From Crocosphaera subtropica ATCC 51142 (lineage in GTDB: Bacteria; Cyanobacteriota; Cyanobacteriia; Cyanobacteriales; Microcystaceae), in the NCBI RefSeq assembly GCF_000017845.1, contig NC_010547.1, positions 150,001 through 182,000 on the forward strand: DNA of 32,000 nucleotides, written 5' to 3'. The first letter of the stretch is position 1, and each line of letters starts with the position of its first letter. The notes beneath the pieces are model-generated. The model had not been told where the DNA came from. It did no database searches and saw nothing but the letters and a program-made list of their open reading frames with translations. Positions 19,601-25,646 of the stretch are shown here, one piece after another. The position numbers and the translations under genes are program-made.

Positions 19601-20222
19601 CATCGAGTGGTTAATAAAATTGTTAGAAGATTTGGAACAAGCTTATTCTCTTCATACTGGCGATGAGTGGCTTGCTTTATTAAGCGAAGCAGAAGAAAAA
19701 ATTAATGGTATCGATGGATTTGATCAACAGTACCCGAATTATTGGACTCGAATCTGGGCTGCTTTTCCTGATACAGAAGAGGAAACAGAATCGACCCCGA
19801 CACTCGATGAACTAAAATCCTTGCTATTAGCTTGTCAAACTTGGGTCCAACTCAAACAACTACAGAAACAACACCCAGAACTTTGCGTAGCTGCGTACAA
19901 AGCATTAACTCCATCTGAACAAACAAAATTAGATGCGATCGCTGCCACTGAGGTCAACCAAGAAGTTTACAAATATGTAGGACCACAGAGAAAAGTCGAT
20001 GGCGTGGAAATACAACCGGGAACCCTTGTCTACTTAGATCCGCAATCCAATCAGAAAAACCGTGTCCACTTAAGAGTTCGTCTGTTGCAAGGAATTAATC
20101 AAGGCTGGCAGAAAGTAGTCGAGATATCAAAAGATGCCCTGCAAGCCGTAGAAAAAGCCGTTAACGATGGGTTAGATGTCATCGAAGGGCAACAGAGTAA
20201 TCTACTCGACGAGATAAGTTAA
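16605..20222 (+). CDS. Replication protein: N-terminal primase-polymerase (AEP-like) fused to a DUF3987-type helicase/NTPase, with a long C-terminal extension
   Basis: 1205 aa. Strong SD (AAGGAG) 8 nt upstream. Prim-pol-like motifs FIEHDD, TGGKSVHSYWVF and ARVMRLAGGWH. Central Walker-A-like AHSGQAKT in a DUF3987-like region. S/T/P/Q-rich linker followed by a ~200-aa C-terminal domain. Confidence 0.75.
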   Translation: MKFPQIDRNLAQRQLALLGHNINKPVYLRFFYPSDDPRKDGDSGRKADRLNWNQIEQYQKEGRGAYVVVNGGGHKNSDVTQGTAIFIEHDDLEKDIQRELWKTLELPEPTFQVDTGGKSVHSYWVFETPIEIEKWSQLQKDLLEYADGDRSIKNPARVMRLAGGWHISYDENGNPIYNQTKIISASAKTYSFEELRELIPEKKERLPLVEAANHRDFVNNVSDNLSTSSLPRHPEQISVPVSSSVPLLQCCRKEVREWVTTGVPKGCKRNDTAINVGLELIAVEGYLQTIGQSYSDSAASLFHEFCQRSGMTASEEDERYQWCQKTNSDPSCPPEAIEACIRAWYWKEVVQPQKRQNQILSEGRQKTATKENKKEEQPKINLLDAVKEIIKELPQDSLRYMALINLAARTGYQYREIELLARTIEREETLDEETAEAIASLSTNLNLYQQRLDISRYLEKDFAGLMIDAANAMPTAPEYLFNTLLPVVAACGGTSSTVVANGTGGYEQPLIFWTGNVAHSGQAKTPPQQVIIKPLTDLEAEAADKYNLLKREYEQDKSGDIPSPTRERFMMTNVTITTKMRIHGENPRGLLEYMDELSSDFRRLNQYKKGGVGDDKEQELSFFNGSSISYDRSDSRLFLDKTALSKTGTIQWDTLSKLMDNSGFIESGYMARFLLCSIGNAPKRYLDLFQETNAVPDLQHKLRWLYEQMRELPEQTYLLDHDAKVLFQAWNHTLVDFGIREYNHALSLVYPKIECYTLRLALWLHLVNSLLRGEKPHLVIDGETMKAAIEMGSFYLGQHRLIFTNTDSSNELEGILLKIHTKALNVYQQTEKGVSASWAKKNFNALKKMSTDQIRAKYFQVLAGNGYGKLEGVGKSMKYIPFEQRFCFSDTHNLEVDDSCKSSGNSMEVSIAEMPIQTCFKEKVAKIDDSTYSKIIDNILDNQSACVSASTTTTFPISELTPNNHQLINQSQSKLDAKSLTEVEPPPQSENQPPKTNTDIEWLIKLLEDLEQAYSLHTGDEWLALLSEAEEKINGIDGFDQQYPNYWTRIWAAFPDTEEETESTPTLDELKSLLLACQTWVQLKQLQKQHPELCVAAYKALTPSEQTKLDAIAATEVNQEVYKYVGPQRKVDGVEIQPGTLVYLDPQSNQKNRVHLRVRLLQGINQGWQKVVEISKDALQAVEKAVNDGLDVIEGQQSNLLDEIS

Positions 20223-20423
20223 TCAGAGGTATTTCTCTCTAAATACTCATCAACGGCGACCCTTGCAAGTTCAGTGGGTCTGAGTCCCTTTGCCTCTGCC
20301 AGTTCTAAAAATTTAGGGTAATTCCGTTTAGATAATCTAATTCCAATAACTTTGCGGCATTCGGCTATCGGGTCTTTCTGAGAACTGTCCTACATCATTT
20401 CTGGGTTGTTCTTTAGCTGACAT
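20219..20423 (-). pseudogene. Possible frameshifted ribbon-helix-helix gene
   Basis: The minus-strand frame open over 20219-20389 encodes ...KVIGIRLSKRNYPKFLELAEAKGLRPTELARVAVDEYLERNTSD*, a complete RHH-like unit, but has no ATG/GTG/TTG start. An ATG at 20423 (MSAKEQPRND...) lies in another frame. A 1-nt shift near TCAGAAAGACCC would join the two. Confidence 0.3.
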
Positions 20424-20450
20424 TTGTTCTAAAAAGGATGGTACAAACTT

Positions 20451-21293
20451 ATGGTTGAACAAGAATCGAAAGCAGTTAATTCTATTGTTCTGGGAGTCGT
20501 GGAGTTGCAGGATTTGACTGACTCCGAACAAAAAGAACGATTAAGGCTAGAACGTCAGGTAGAACGTGCTTTTTATGTAGCTGGATGTGCTTTAGCCAAA
20601 CTAAAAACAGATAAATTATATCGTTCGACCCACTCAACATTTGAGGATTATTGCCAAGATAGATTTAGCTTCACCAGAAGGCACGTTAATTATTTGATTG
20701 CGGCTGCAGGTGTGGTTGACAATCTGAAAATGGGAACAAATTGTTCCCAAAATAATGAAGATGCGGAAAATTTGATTTTACCTACCACTGCTAGTCAATG
20801 TCGCCCTCTGACTGCTTTAGAGCCATTAAAACAAGTAGAAGCCTGGAGTGAAGCCATAACCCAAGCTGGCGGTAAAGTCCCTCCAGCCCGTATTGTCCAA
20901 GAAGTTGTACAGAATATGCAGCAACAGAAGAAAATACCCAACCCGTGGCATGTGGGGGAAGTAGCTCAGATTGTTGTCAAAGGGAACTCAGACCTCAAAG
21001 GAAAAGGCGGTTGTTGGGCTGTTATTGTTGCGGTGAATGATTTTAGTTGCTCTGTGCAACTATGGGACGGGGAATATCAAGTTAAACCAGAAAATCTCAA
21101 AGAATTGCCCTACTCCAATGAACAACAGAAGGAAATCAAGGAGTTAAGCGATCTCATATCGAAAATAAAGCTAGATGATATCGAACAACCAACTAGGGAT
21201 TTTTTGGCAGGATTAGGAAAAATTAATAGACCTTGGCTGACTGAATTAGAAAAGAGTATTTTAGAGTTTTTAGAAAAGAACTTTTTATCATAA
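20451..21293 (+). CDS. Putative DNA-binding protein (ParB/KorB-like HTH region) with C-terminal SH3-like segment
   Basis: 280 aa. YRSTHSTFEDYCQDRFSFTRRHVNYLIAAAGVVDNL resembles the HTH segment found in ParB-like plasmid/phage proteins. The family assignment is from memory only. Confidence 0.45.
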   Translation: MVEQESKAVNSIVLGVVELQDLTDSEQKERLRLERQVERAFYVAGCALAKLKTDKLYRSTHSTFEDYCQDRFSFTRRHVNYLIAAAGVVDNLKMGTNCSQNNEDAENLILPTTASQCRPLTALEPLKQVEAWSEAITQAGGKVPPARIVQEVVQNMQQQKKIPNPWHVGEVAQIVVKGNSDLKGKGGCWAVIVAVNDFSCSVQLWDGEYQVKPENLKELPYSNEQQKEIKELSDLISKIKLDDIEQPTRDFLAGLGKINRPWLTELEKSILEFLEKNFLS

Positions 21294-21521
21294 AAATTGA
21301 AATATTTTCTTTATATATCAAATATACATAGTAAAATTAGAAGCAGAAAAGAGTATTTTATTGTTAGTATATGATCTATCAAAAAGAAGATATAAAATAT
21401 TTTAAAAGTTTGTTAATATTTTAAATGGTAAAGAAAGTTATTAAAGAAAAAATAGTAACAACTACATAAAAATAAAACTTAAAAATATTATTGAAGTTTA
21501 CATTACTCCTACACAAAAATA

Positions 21522-22205
21522 ATGAATAAACAAGAAAATAGCTTAAGATTACCACCGACTATACCTAATATTAACCAAGAACTAGAACAAGCAATTACCT
21601 TACTCGGAAACCGAGTACAAACAGACTTAAAAGATAAAACTAAGAAAAAGTTAATAAAATTAGTGGGGGAGTATCCCACTAAAGAAACAGCGTATGAATG
21701 GAAACTATCACTAAAGCAAATAGTTAAAAAAAGTCCTATATTGCAAACTCCTAACCCCCGATCTGATACAACGTATACTACTTGTTCTTTACAAAAAGAA
21801 TCTCTAGATCGATATAGTAATGTACCTCAAAGTTTAGGAGAAACAAGAATAATACTAGATTATATAAAATATAAATTAAAGCATTACTATTTAGAGGATG
21901 AAGGACGGTACGATGAAATTTTTCTAAAACAATTAAAATATTGGTACCAATGGTTTCCTCATGATGTGAGAGAAGATGAATTCAGTAAAAAACTATTTAA
22001 AATTTGTTTAGGAGAAAAATCAAAAGAAACTTCTTCTGATTTTAATTACGTCAAGTACAAATATGATCTATTTCCAGAAATAATAACACCTTCTGAATCA
22101 GCTGAATTCATCGACCCTTTAGTACAATTGGCTTTATCAAAAGTGGATTGGAAACTATTAACAAAGCGATTATTAAAAACTTTAAATCTTGAAATTCGTA
22201 GCTAG
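21522..22205 (+). CDS. Hypothetical protein in an AT-rich insert
   Basis: 227-aa K/Y/N-rich ORF. Visibly lower G+C than its neighbours, and preceded by a 228-nt stretch that is almost pure A/T. Confidence 0.45.
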   Translation: MNKQENSLRLPPTIPNINQELEQAITLLGNRVQTDLKDKTKKKLIKLVGEYPTKETAYEWKLSLKQIVKKSPILQTPNPRSDTTYTTCSLQKESLDRYSNVPQSLGETRIILDYIKYKLKHYYLEDEGRYDEIFLKQLKYWYQWFPHDVREDEFSKKLFKICLGEKSKETSSDFNYVKYKYDLFPEIITPSESAEFIDPLVQLALSKVDWKLLTKRLLKTLNLEIRS

Positions 22206-22208
22206 CGC
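22201..22208 (+). promoter_or_regulatory. GCTAGCGC motif, copy 1
   Basis: Exact 8-mer, 36 nt upstream of ATG 22237. It overlaps the stop codon of the previous ORF. Confidence 0.5.
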
Positions 22209-22236
22209 TTATTAGCAAAAAAATTAAGAGTAACAA

Positions 22237-22626
22237 ATGATGTTAAAAGTTGTTATTGCTGCAAGTGAGGGCTTTGGAGATTATTATTTATTAGAGAGAG
22301 CGCTAGATAAAATCCTGAAAAACCATGTCGAAATTGAGTTACTATCCATCCATTCAAAAACCCTGAATCGAATTATCGACCTCTACGCTCGCAAACGAGA
22401 AGTAGTTACACGTCGATTCGTGCCTAATTTACTCAATCACGGCGAAAACGCCAAAAATATCGTTATTGAAGAAATCATCGAATACGCTTCTCACGCTATT
22501 TTATTCGTAGATGAAAACCAGGAATTAGACACGGTATTGACAAGGATTCGAGACAGTGGCTTACATTGGAGGGTCATTAAATATAAGGATGTACTCGCTG
22601 AGAAACTTTATAATCAAAAAGCTTAG
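22237..22626 (+). CDS. DUF2493/SLOG-like protein with degenerate nucleotide-binding loop
   Basis: 129 aa. The layout matches DUF2493: KVVIAASEGFGDYYLLERALDKIL ... EIELLS ... ASHAILFVDEN ... GLHWRVIKY. The usual SGGAxGxD loop is replaced by SIHSKTLN. Confidence 0.4.
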   Translation: MMLKVVIAASEGFGDYYLLERALDKILKNHVEIELLSIHSKTLNRIIDLYARKREVVTRRFVPNLLNHGENAKNIVIEEIIEYASHAILFVDENQELDTVLTRIRDSGLHWRVIKYKDVLAEKLYNQKA

Positions 22627-22676
22627 TGACTACAAACCTGGTATGATCAGGCACCCTGTGGTTGTGTTTTTATTCC

Positions 22677-22716
22677 TAGTTCTAGCTATATAATATTATA
22701 AAAATAGCTAGAACTA
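22677..22716. promoter_or_regulatory. Inverted repeat IR1: TAGTTCTAGCTAT-N14-ATAGCTAGAACTA
   Basis: Perfect 13-bp arms. The junction of the left arm and spacer forms TATAAT (22689-22694). The repeat ends 7 nt before ATG 22723. Confidence 0.5.
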
Positions 22717-22722
22717 AGTATC

Positions 22723-23367
22723 ATGCCTATAAAACAGTGCGCCTACGGATTTAGCTGTGCATCAATGATGATGCAATGGGATTTAGCCCCAGAAGATTGC
22801 CCTAACAAAGATGTGTGCGGAATAATCACGAAACTAACCGAAGAAGAAGAAATCGAACTCTATCAGGCTCGATTAGAGAATAATCGCCGCATTGTAGAGA
22901 GAATCCGTATCAATCAAGAACAAGCAGCTTTATGCCTTCTTCTTAATCGGGGGGATACCCAAACTTCTGAAAGTTTAGGAGTAACAGACACTTTAGCGGA
23001 ACTTCAAACAGCAATTTCTTTGCTAGAATCAACGATCAATGAACTAGATGAAGGATATATCGCTCCTGTCGGAGTAGAAGCACACCGTTATACTGTCAAA
23101 CGTCCCTACAATTGTTATGAGTACAATAAGCTTACCGCCAAAGATGCCATTTTCGAGCCTCAAACTAAGCACAATAAAGTAAAGGTTATCCATCTTTCCA
23201 AAGACGACGATCAGCGAAATATCAAAGGCAGAGCCGGAATAGAAAAAAGAAACAGACTCCTGGCTATCAAGAGACAAATCAAAGCAGCGACTGAATTACT
23301 GAATGAGGCTAGAGAAGCCGTTTCTAGAGAGTCAATAGATGAAGCAGTCACGAGGAAGATTACCTAA
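22723..23367 (+). CDS. Hypothetical protein (Cys-rich N-terminus, helical middle, basic C-terminus)
   Basis: 214-aa ORF bracketed by IR1 and IR2. No family recognised. Confidence 0.55.
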   Translation: MPIKQCAYGFSCASMMMQWDLAPEDCPNKDVCGIITKLTEEEEIELYQARLENNRRIVERIRINQEQAALCLLLNRGDTQTSESLGVTDTLAELQTAISLLESTINELDEGYIAPVGVEAHRYTVKRPYNCYEYNKLTAKDAIFEPQTKHNKVKVIHLSKDDDQRNIKGRAGIEKRNRLLAIKRQIKAATELLNEAREAVSRESIDEAVTRKIT

Positions 23368-23378
23368 TAATGGTATTG

Positions 23379-23416
23379 AGTTCTAGCTATTAATAACTTT
23401 ATATTTAGCTAGAACT
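23379..23416. promoter_or_regulatory. Inverted repeat IR2: AGTTCTAGCTA-N16-TAGCTAGAACT
   Basis: Perfect 11-bp arms with the same sequence as IR1. It starts 12 nt after the stop of ORF 22723-23367 and ends 7 nt before the GCTAGCGC motif at 23423. Confidence 0.5.
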
Positions 23417-23422
23417 AGAGCC

Positions 23423-23430
23423 GCTAGCGC
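23423..23430 (+). promoter_or_regulatory. GCTAGCGC motif, copy 2
   Basis: Exact 8-mer, 47 nt upstream of the terD GTG at 23470. GGAAAA lies 11 nt downstream of the motif end. Confidence 0.5.
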
Positions 23431-23469
23431 GGGGCTGTCTGGAAAATAAAACAATAGAGGTTTAAACCC

Positions 23470-24057
23470 GTGATCGAATTATCTAAAGGAATCGAACTAG
23501 ACTTCGAGAAAGCAATGCCTGAACTCGTCGCTGCTATGTTAGGCATGGGTTGGAATGTTAACAAAGACGACAGTACAGATACGACAGAAGACGACTTCGA
23601 CTTGGACTCATCTGTGTTTATGCTCGACAAGTCTGGGAAGTTACCTGACAAACATCATGTTGTTTATTACAACAATTTGAAATCCCCTGACAGCGAAGTT
23701 TGTATCGAACACATGGGTGATAACTTAACCGGTGCAGGAGAAGGAGACGACGAAGTTATCTTGTTCGATCTCAGAAAAGTCCCTGATTATATCCACAAGT
23801 TGGTTATCACTGTCACAATTCATCGGGCTCAAAAACGAAATCAGAATTTTGGCATGGTTGAGGATGCTTTTCTAAGGGTAGTCAACGTGAGTTCCAAAGA
23901 AGAAGTGTTGCGGTTCGATCTCGATGAGGAATTTACCCTAGAAACTTCTGTGATTTTGACTGAAATTTATCGGACTGACACCGGATGGGCAATCAAGGCA
24001 CTTGCCGAAGGTGTTGATGGTGGGCTTGACGAGTTGGTCAGTAAGTACACCGCGTAA
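23470..24057 (+). CDS. terD: TerD-domain stress protein
   Basis: 195 aa with a GTG start and AGAGG 9 nt upstream. TerD hallmarks are present: IELSKG start, DLDSSVFMLD, and the Ca-binding-type acidic loop GDNLTGAGEGDDEVI. Confidence 0.85.
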   Translation: MIELSKGIELDFEKAMPELVAAMLGMGWNVNKDDSTDTTEDDFDLDSSVFMLDKSGKLPDKHHVVYYNNLKSPDSEVCIEHMGDNLTGAGEGDDEVILFDLRKVPDYIHKLVITVTIHRAQKRNQNFGMVEDAFLRVVNVSSKEEVLRFDLDEEFTLETSVILTEIYRTDTGWAIKALAEGVDGGLDELVSKYTA

Positions 24058-24094
24058 CCTCTCGCAAACCCACTTAGCAACAGACTTTTAGCAC

Positions 24095-24142
24095 TCCGCA
24101 GCAACTACTGTTTCTCTTATAGAATACAGTGGTTGCTGCGGA
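24095..24142 (+). repeat. Hairpin repeat copy 1 (TCCGCAGCAAC...GTTGCTGCGGA family)
   Basis: 17-bp outer stem with one T-G wobble, plus a 4-bp inner stem and a CTTAT apical loop. It starts 38 nt after the terD stop. Confidence 0.8.
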
Positions 24143-24263
24143 TATTAGTGACCAAATCCTTTAGGTATAAAGTTACTCACTATGTCGTGGGTAACTCTAT
24201 ATTTTTGACAAAGATGTTCGATTTCTAATAATGCTGAAAATCTTGGTATTACTTTGTTTGAGG

Positions 24264-24315
24264 CTTCCGCAGCAACTACTATTTCTCTTATAAATTATAG
24301 CGGATGCTGCGGAAG
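24264..24315 (+). repeat. Hairpin repeat copy 2
   Basis: CTTCCGCAGCAACTACTATTTCTCTTATAAATTATAGCGGATGCTGCGGAAG. The 11-bp outer stem is perfect; the inner stem is degraded (A-A, T-G, A-C). Confidence 0.8.
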
Positions 24316-24386
24316 TATTGAACGCTTATCAGTTACGGAATAAAAGCTGATATTAGAATTAATAACTTAGGTTATAACTTTTTTCG

Positions 24387-24409
24387 GTCTACGAATCGTA
24401 GACTCTTTT
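24387..24409 (+). terminator. Weak intrinsic terminator
   Basis: GTCTACG-AAT-CGTAGAC stem-loop followed by TCTTTT. Confidence 0.4.
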
Positions 24410-24468
24410 AGAGGCTTCATTTTTTGCGCCAATCCTTTTCGGCAAAGTTTTAGTCATGTTGTTCTACC

Positions 24469-24476
24469 ACTAGCGT
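24469..24476 (+). promoter_or_regulatory. Near-match ACTAGCGT (CTAGCG core)
   Basis: Matches the motif at 6 of 8 positions, 40 nt upstream of ATG 24509. Confidence 0.3.
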
Positions 24477-24508
24477 TGGTTGGTCCGATAGTTAGAAAGA
24501 ATCAAAAA

Positions 24509-24988
24509 ATGCCACCAACAAGAGAATTCTCAGACCGAATCCCTGTCGGGCGACTAATTGTCCAGAAAGCTTGCATCGAGGTAGCCGTGGATAGATTAAA
24601 TGAAATCTACGAGGGAAACGAGATTGCTGCTTCTATTCTGTTAGAGTTGAAAATGGCTGCTAAATTAGCAGAGGTCTTTAATGAAACGTGGTCCTCAGTT
24701 TACTGGCTAGAAGCAAGGAAACGAACCCGCGATCGCGTAAAAATGACCCTGAAAGACATAGCAGCAAAAATAATCGACCATGTGGAAGAAGCTATGACAC
24801 TTTTTGATGAGCTTTGCGATGAACAAGACGTAAATCCAACATTGGAATTATCGAATCAATGGATCGCGTTTCAAGCAGGGCTAGACCTAATAAAAAGAGA
24901 CCTGCAATATCACGACGATTTTGTAAAGAGGAACTCTATTGAGTATTTGCCCATTATTAGACTCATCGAGGAAAATTCAAAAAAATGA
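24509..24988 (+). CDS. Hypothetical helical protein
   Basis: ATG 24509 is preferred over the TTG at 24476, because a CTAGCG-core motif lies 40 nt upstream of it. 159 aa. The stop overlaps the next start (ATGA). Confidence 0.55.
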   Translation: MPPTREFSDRIPVGRLIVQKACIEVAVDRLNEIYEGNEIAASILLELKMAAKLAEVFNETWSSVYWLEARKRTRDRVKMTLKDIAAKIIDHVEEAMTLFDELCDEQDVNPTLELSNQWIAFQAGLDLIKRDLQYHDDFVKRNSIEYLPIIRLIEENSKK

Positions 24989-25218
24989 AAGATATTGATC
25001 AATTGATCTCTGACCTGCGACTGGTTGGTAAGCTAAGTCATTCAGCTATAACCCATAATCAACGACAAGTTACCCACCTATGCTATCCCAGAAGTCAGAA
25101 AACACTGTGCGGACTGTGTTGTAAGACTTTGACATCAATAGACGTAGTTGGGTCAGAGATTTGTGCAAACTGCGAAAGAGTAGCCAAAAAACTACAGGCT
25201 AGCGCCAACAACAAGTGA
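24985..25218 (+). CDS. Small zinc-ribbon protein
   Basis: 77 aa with CGLCC ... CANC (CxxC-N17-CxxC). Translationally coupled to the upstream ORF through a 4-nt overlap. Confidence 0.55.
   Translation: MKDIDQLISDLRLVGKLSHSAITHNQRQVTHLCYPRSQKTLCGLCCKTLTSIDVVGSEICANCERVAKKLQASANNK
25198..25205 (+). promoter_or_regulatory. GCTAGCGC motif, copy 3
   Basis: Exact 8-mer, 46 nt upstream of ATG 25244, inside the last codons of the Zn-ribbon ORF. TGAAAA lies 11 nt downstream. Confidence 0.5.
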
Positions 25219-25243
25219 AAACTAAGCTTAAAGGAGCAAACCG

Positions 25244-25477
25244 ATGGAATTTCTAAAAGAACACGTAGCTGATTACCTATCAAACCATCCTGAGTTAGTT
25301 TCACCTTTTACCAGAGGGGATGAAGAAGCCCTAGAAACCGTTATCGAAAGTACCGAATTGCAGATCTTTATCAGTGAACAGAGAGACGGGAACCCAACCG
25401 ATAGCGATTATGATTGGCTCATCGAATCTGTCTGGGAATTGAGCGAGGATAAAACATTTATCGATGCGATCGCCTGA
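25244..25477 (+). CDS. Small, highly acidic protein
   Basis: 77 aa, rich in D/E. AAGGAG lies 9 nt upstream and GCTAGCGC 46 nt upstream. Confidence 0.55.
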   Translation: MEFLKEHVADYLSNHPELVSPFTRGDEEALETVIESTELQIFISEQRDGNPTDSDYDWLIESVWELSEDKTFIDAIA

Positions 25478-25483
25478 CAAAGT

Positions 25484-25534
25484 TTCCGCAGCAAGGACTA
25501 TTTTCTATAAGAGAAATAGAACTTGCTACGGAAG
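25484..25534 (-). repeat. Hairpin repeat copy 3 (inverted orientation)
   Basis: The reverse complement, CTTCCGTAGCAAGTTCTATTTCTCTTATAGAAAATAGTCCTTGCTGCGGAA, matches copy 1 at about 40 of 48 positions. Its one stem mismatch is a wobble only when read on the minus strand. Confidence 0.8.
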
Positions 25535-25601
25535 CTATATTCCTTACCCCGTCTGCAATAGAGAGTAATACGCAGTCATGTTTCATCGCCCTTTTTTTTT
25601 T

Positions 25602-25609
25602 GCTAGCGC
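25602..25609 (+). promoter_or_regulatory. GCTAGCGC motif, copy 4
   Basis: Exact 8-mer, 45 nt upstream of ATG 25647, immediately after a T10 run. TGAAAA lies 11 nt downstream. Confidence 0.5.
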
Positions 25610-25646
25610 AGGGTTGGTTTGAAAAGCAACTAGGTGAGGGCAATTC

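Larger units (their letters stand above)
24238..24409 (+). ncRNA. Candidate ~170-nt small RNA containing hairpin copy 2
   Basis: A perfect -35 (TTGACA, 24205-24210) is followed 15-17 nt later by TAATAAT. Hairpin copy 2 lies near the predicted 5' end, and a 7-bp hairpin plus TCTTTT lies at 24387-24409. There is no convincing ORF. The ends are predicted, not observed. Confidence 0.25.

Noticed and set aside
24231-24293. A 20-aa hydrophobic ORF (MLKILVLLCLRLPQQLLFLL) running into hairpin copy 2, which could be a type I toxin.
   Set aside because: Its ATG lies within the predicted -10 element, so it would not be on the predicted transcript. The other hairpin copies have no equivalent ORF. This is not excluded, only unsupported.
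24095-24315. The two direct copies of the ~50-nt repeat could be a CRISPR mini-array.
   Set aside because: There are only two direct copies, 169 nt apart. The repeats are long and fully self-complementary. A third copy is inverted and a fourth is 3 kb away. There are no cas genes and no leader-like organisation.
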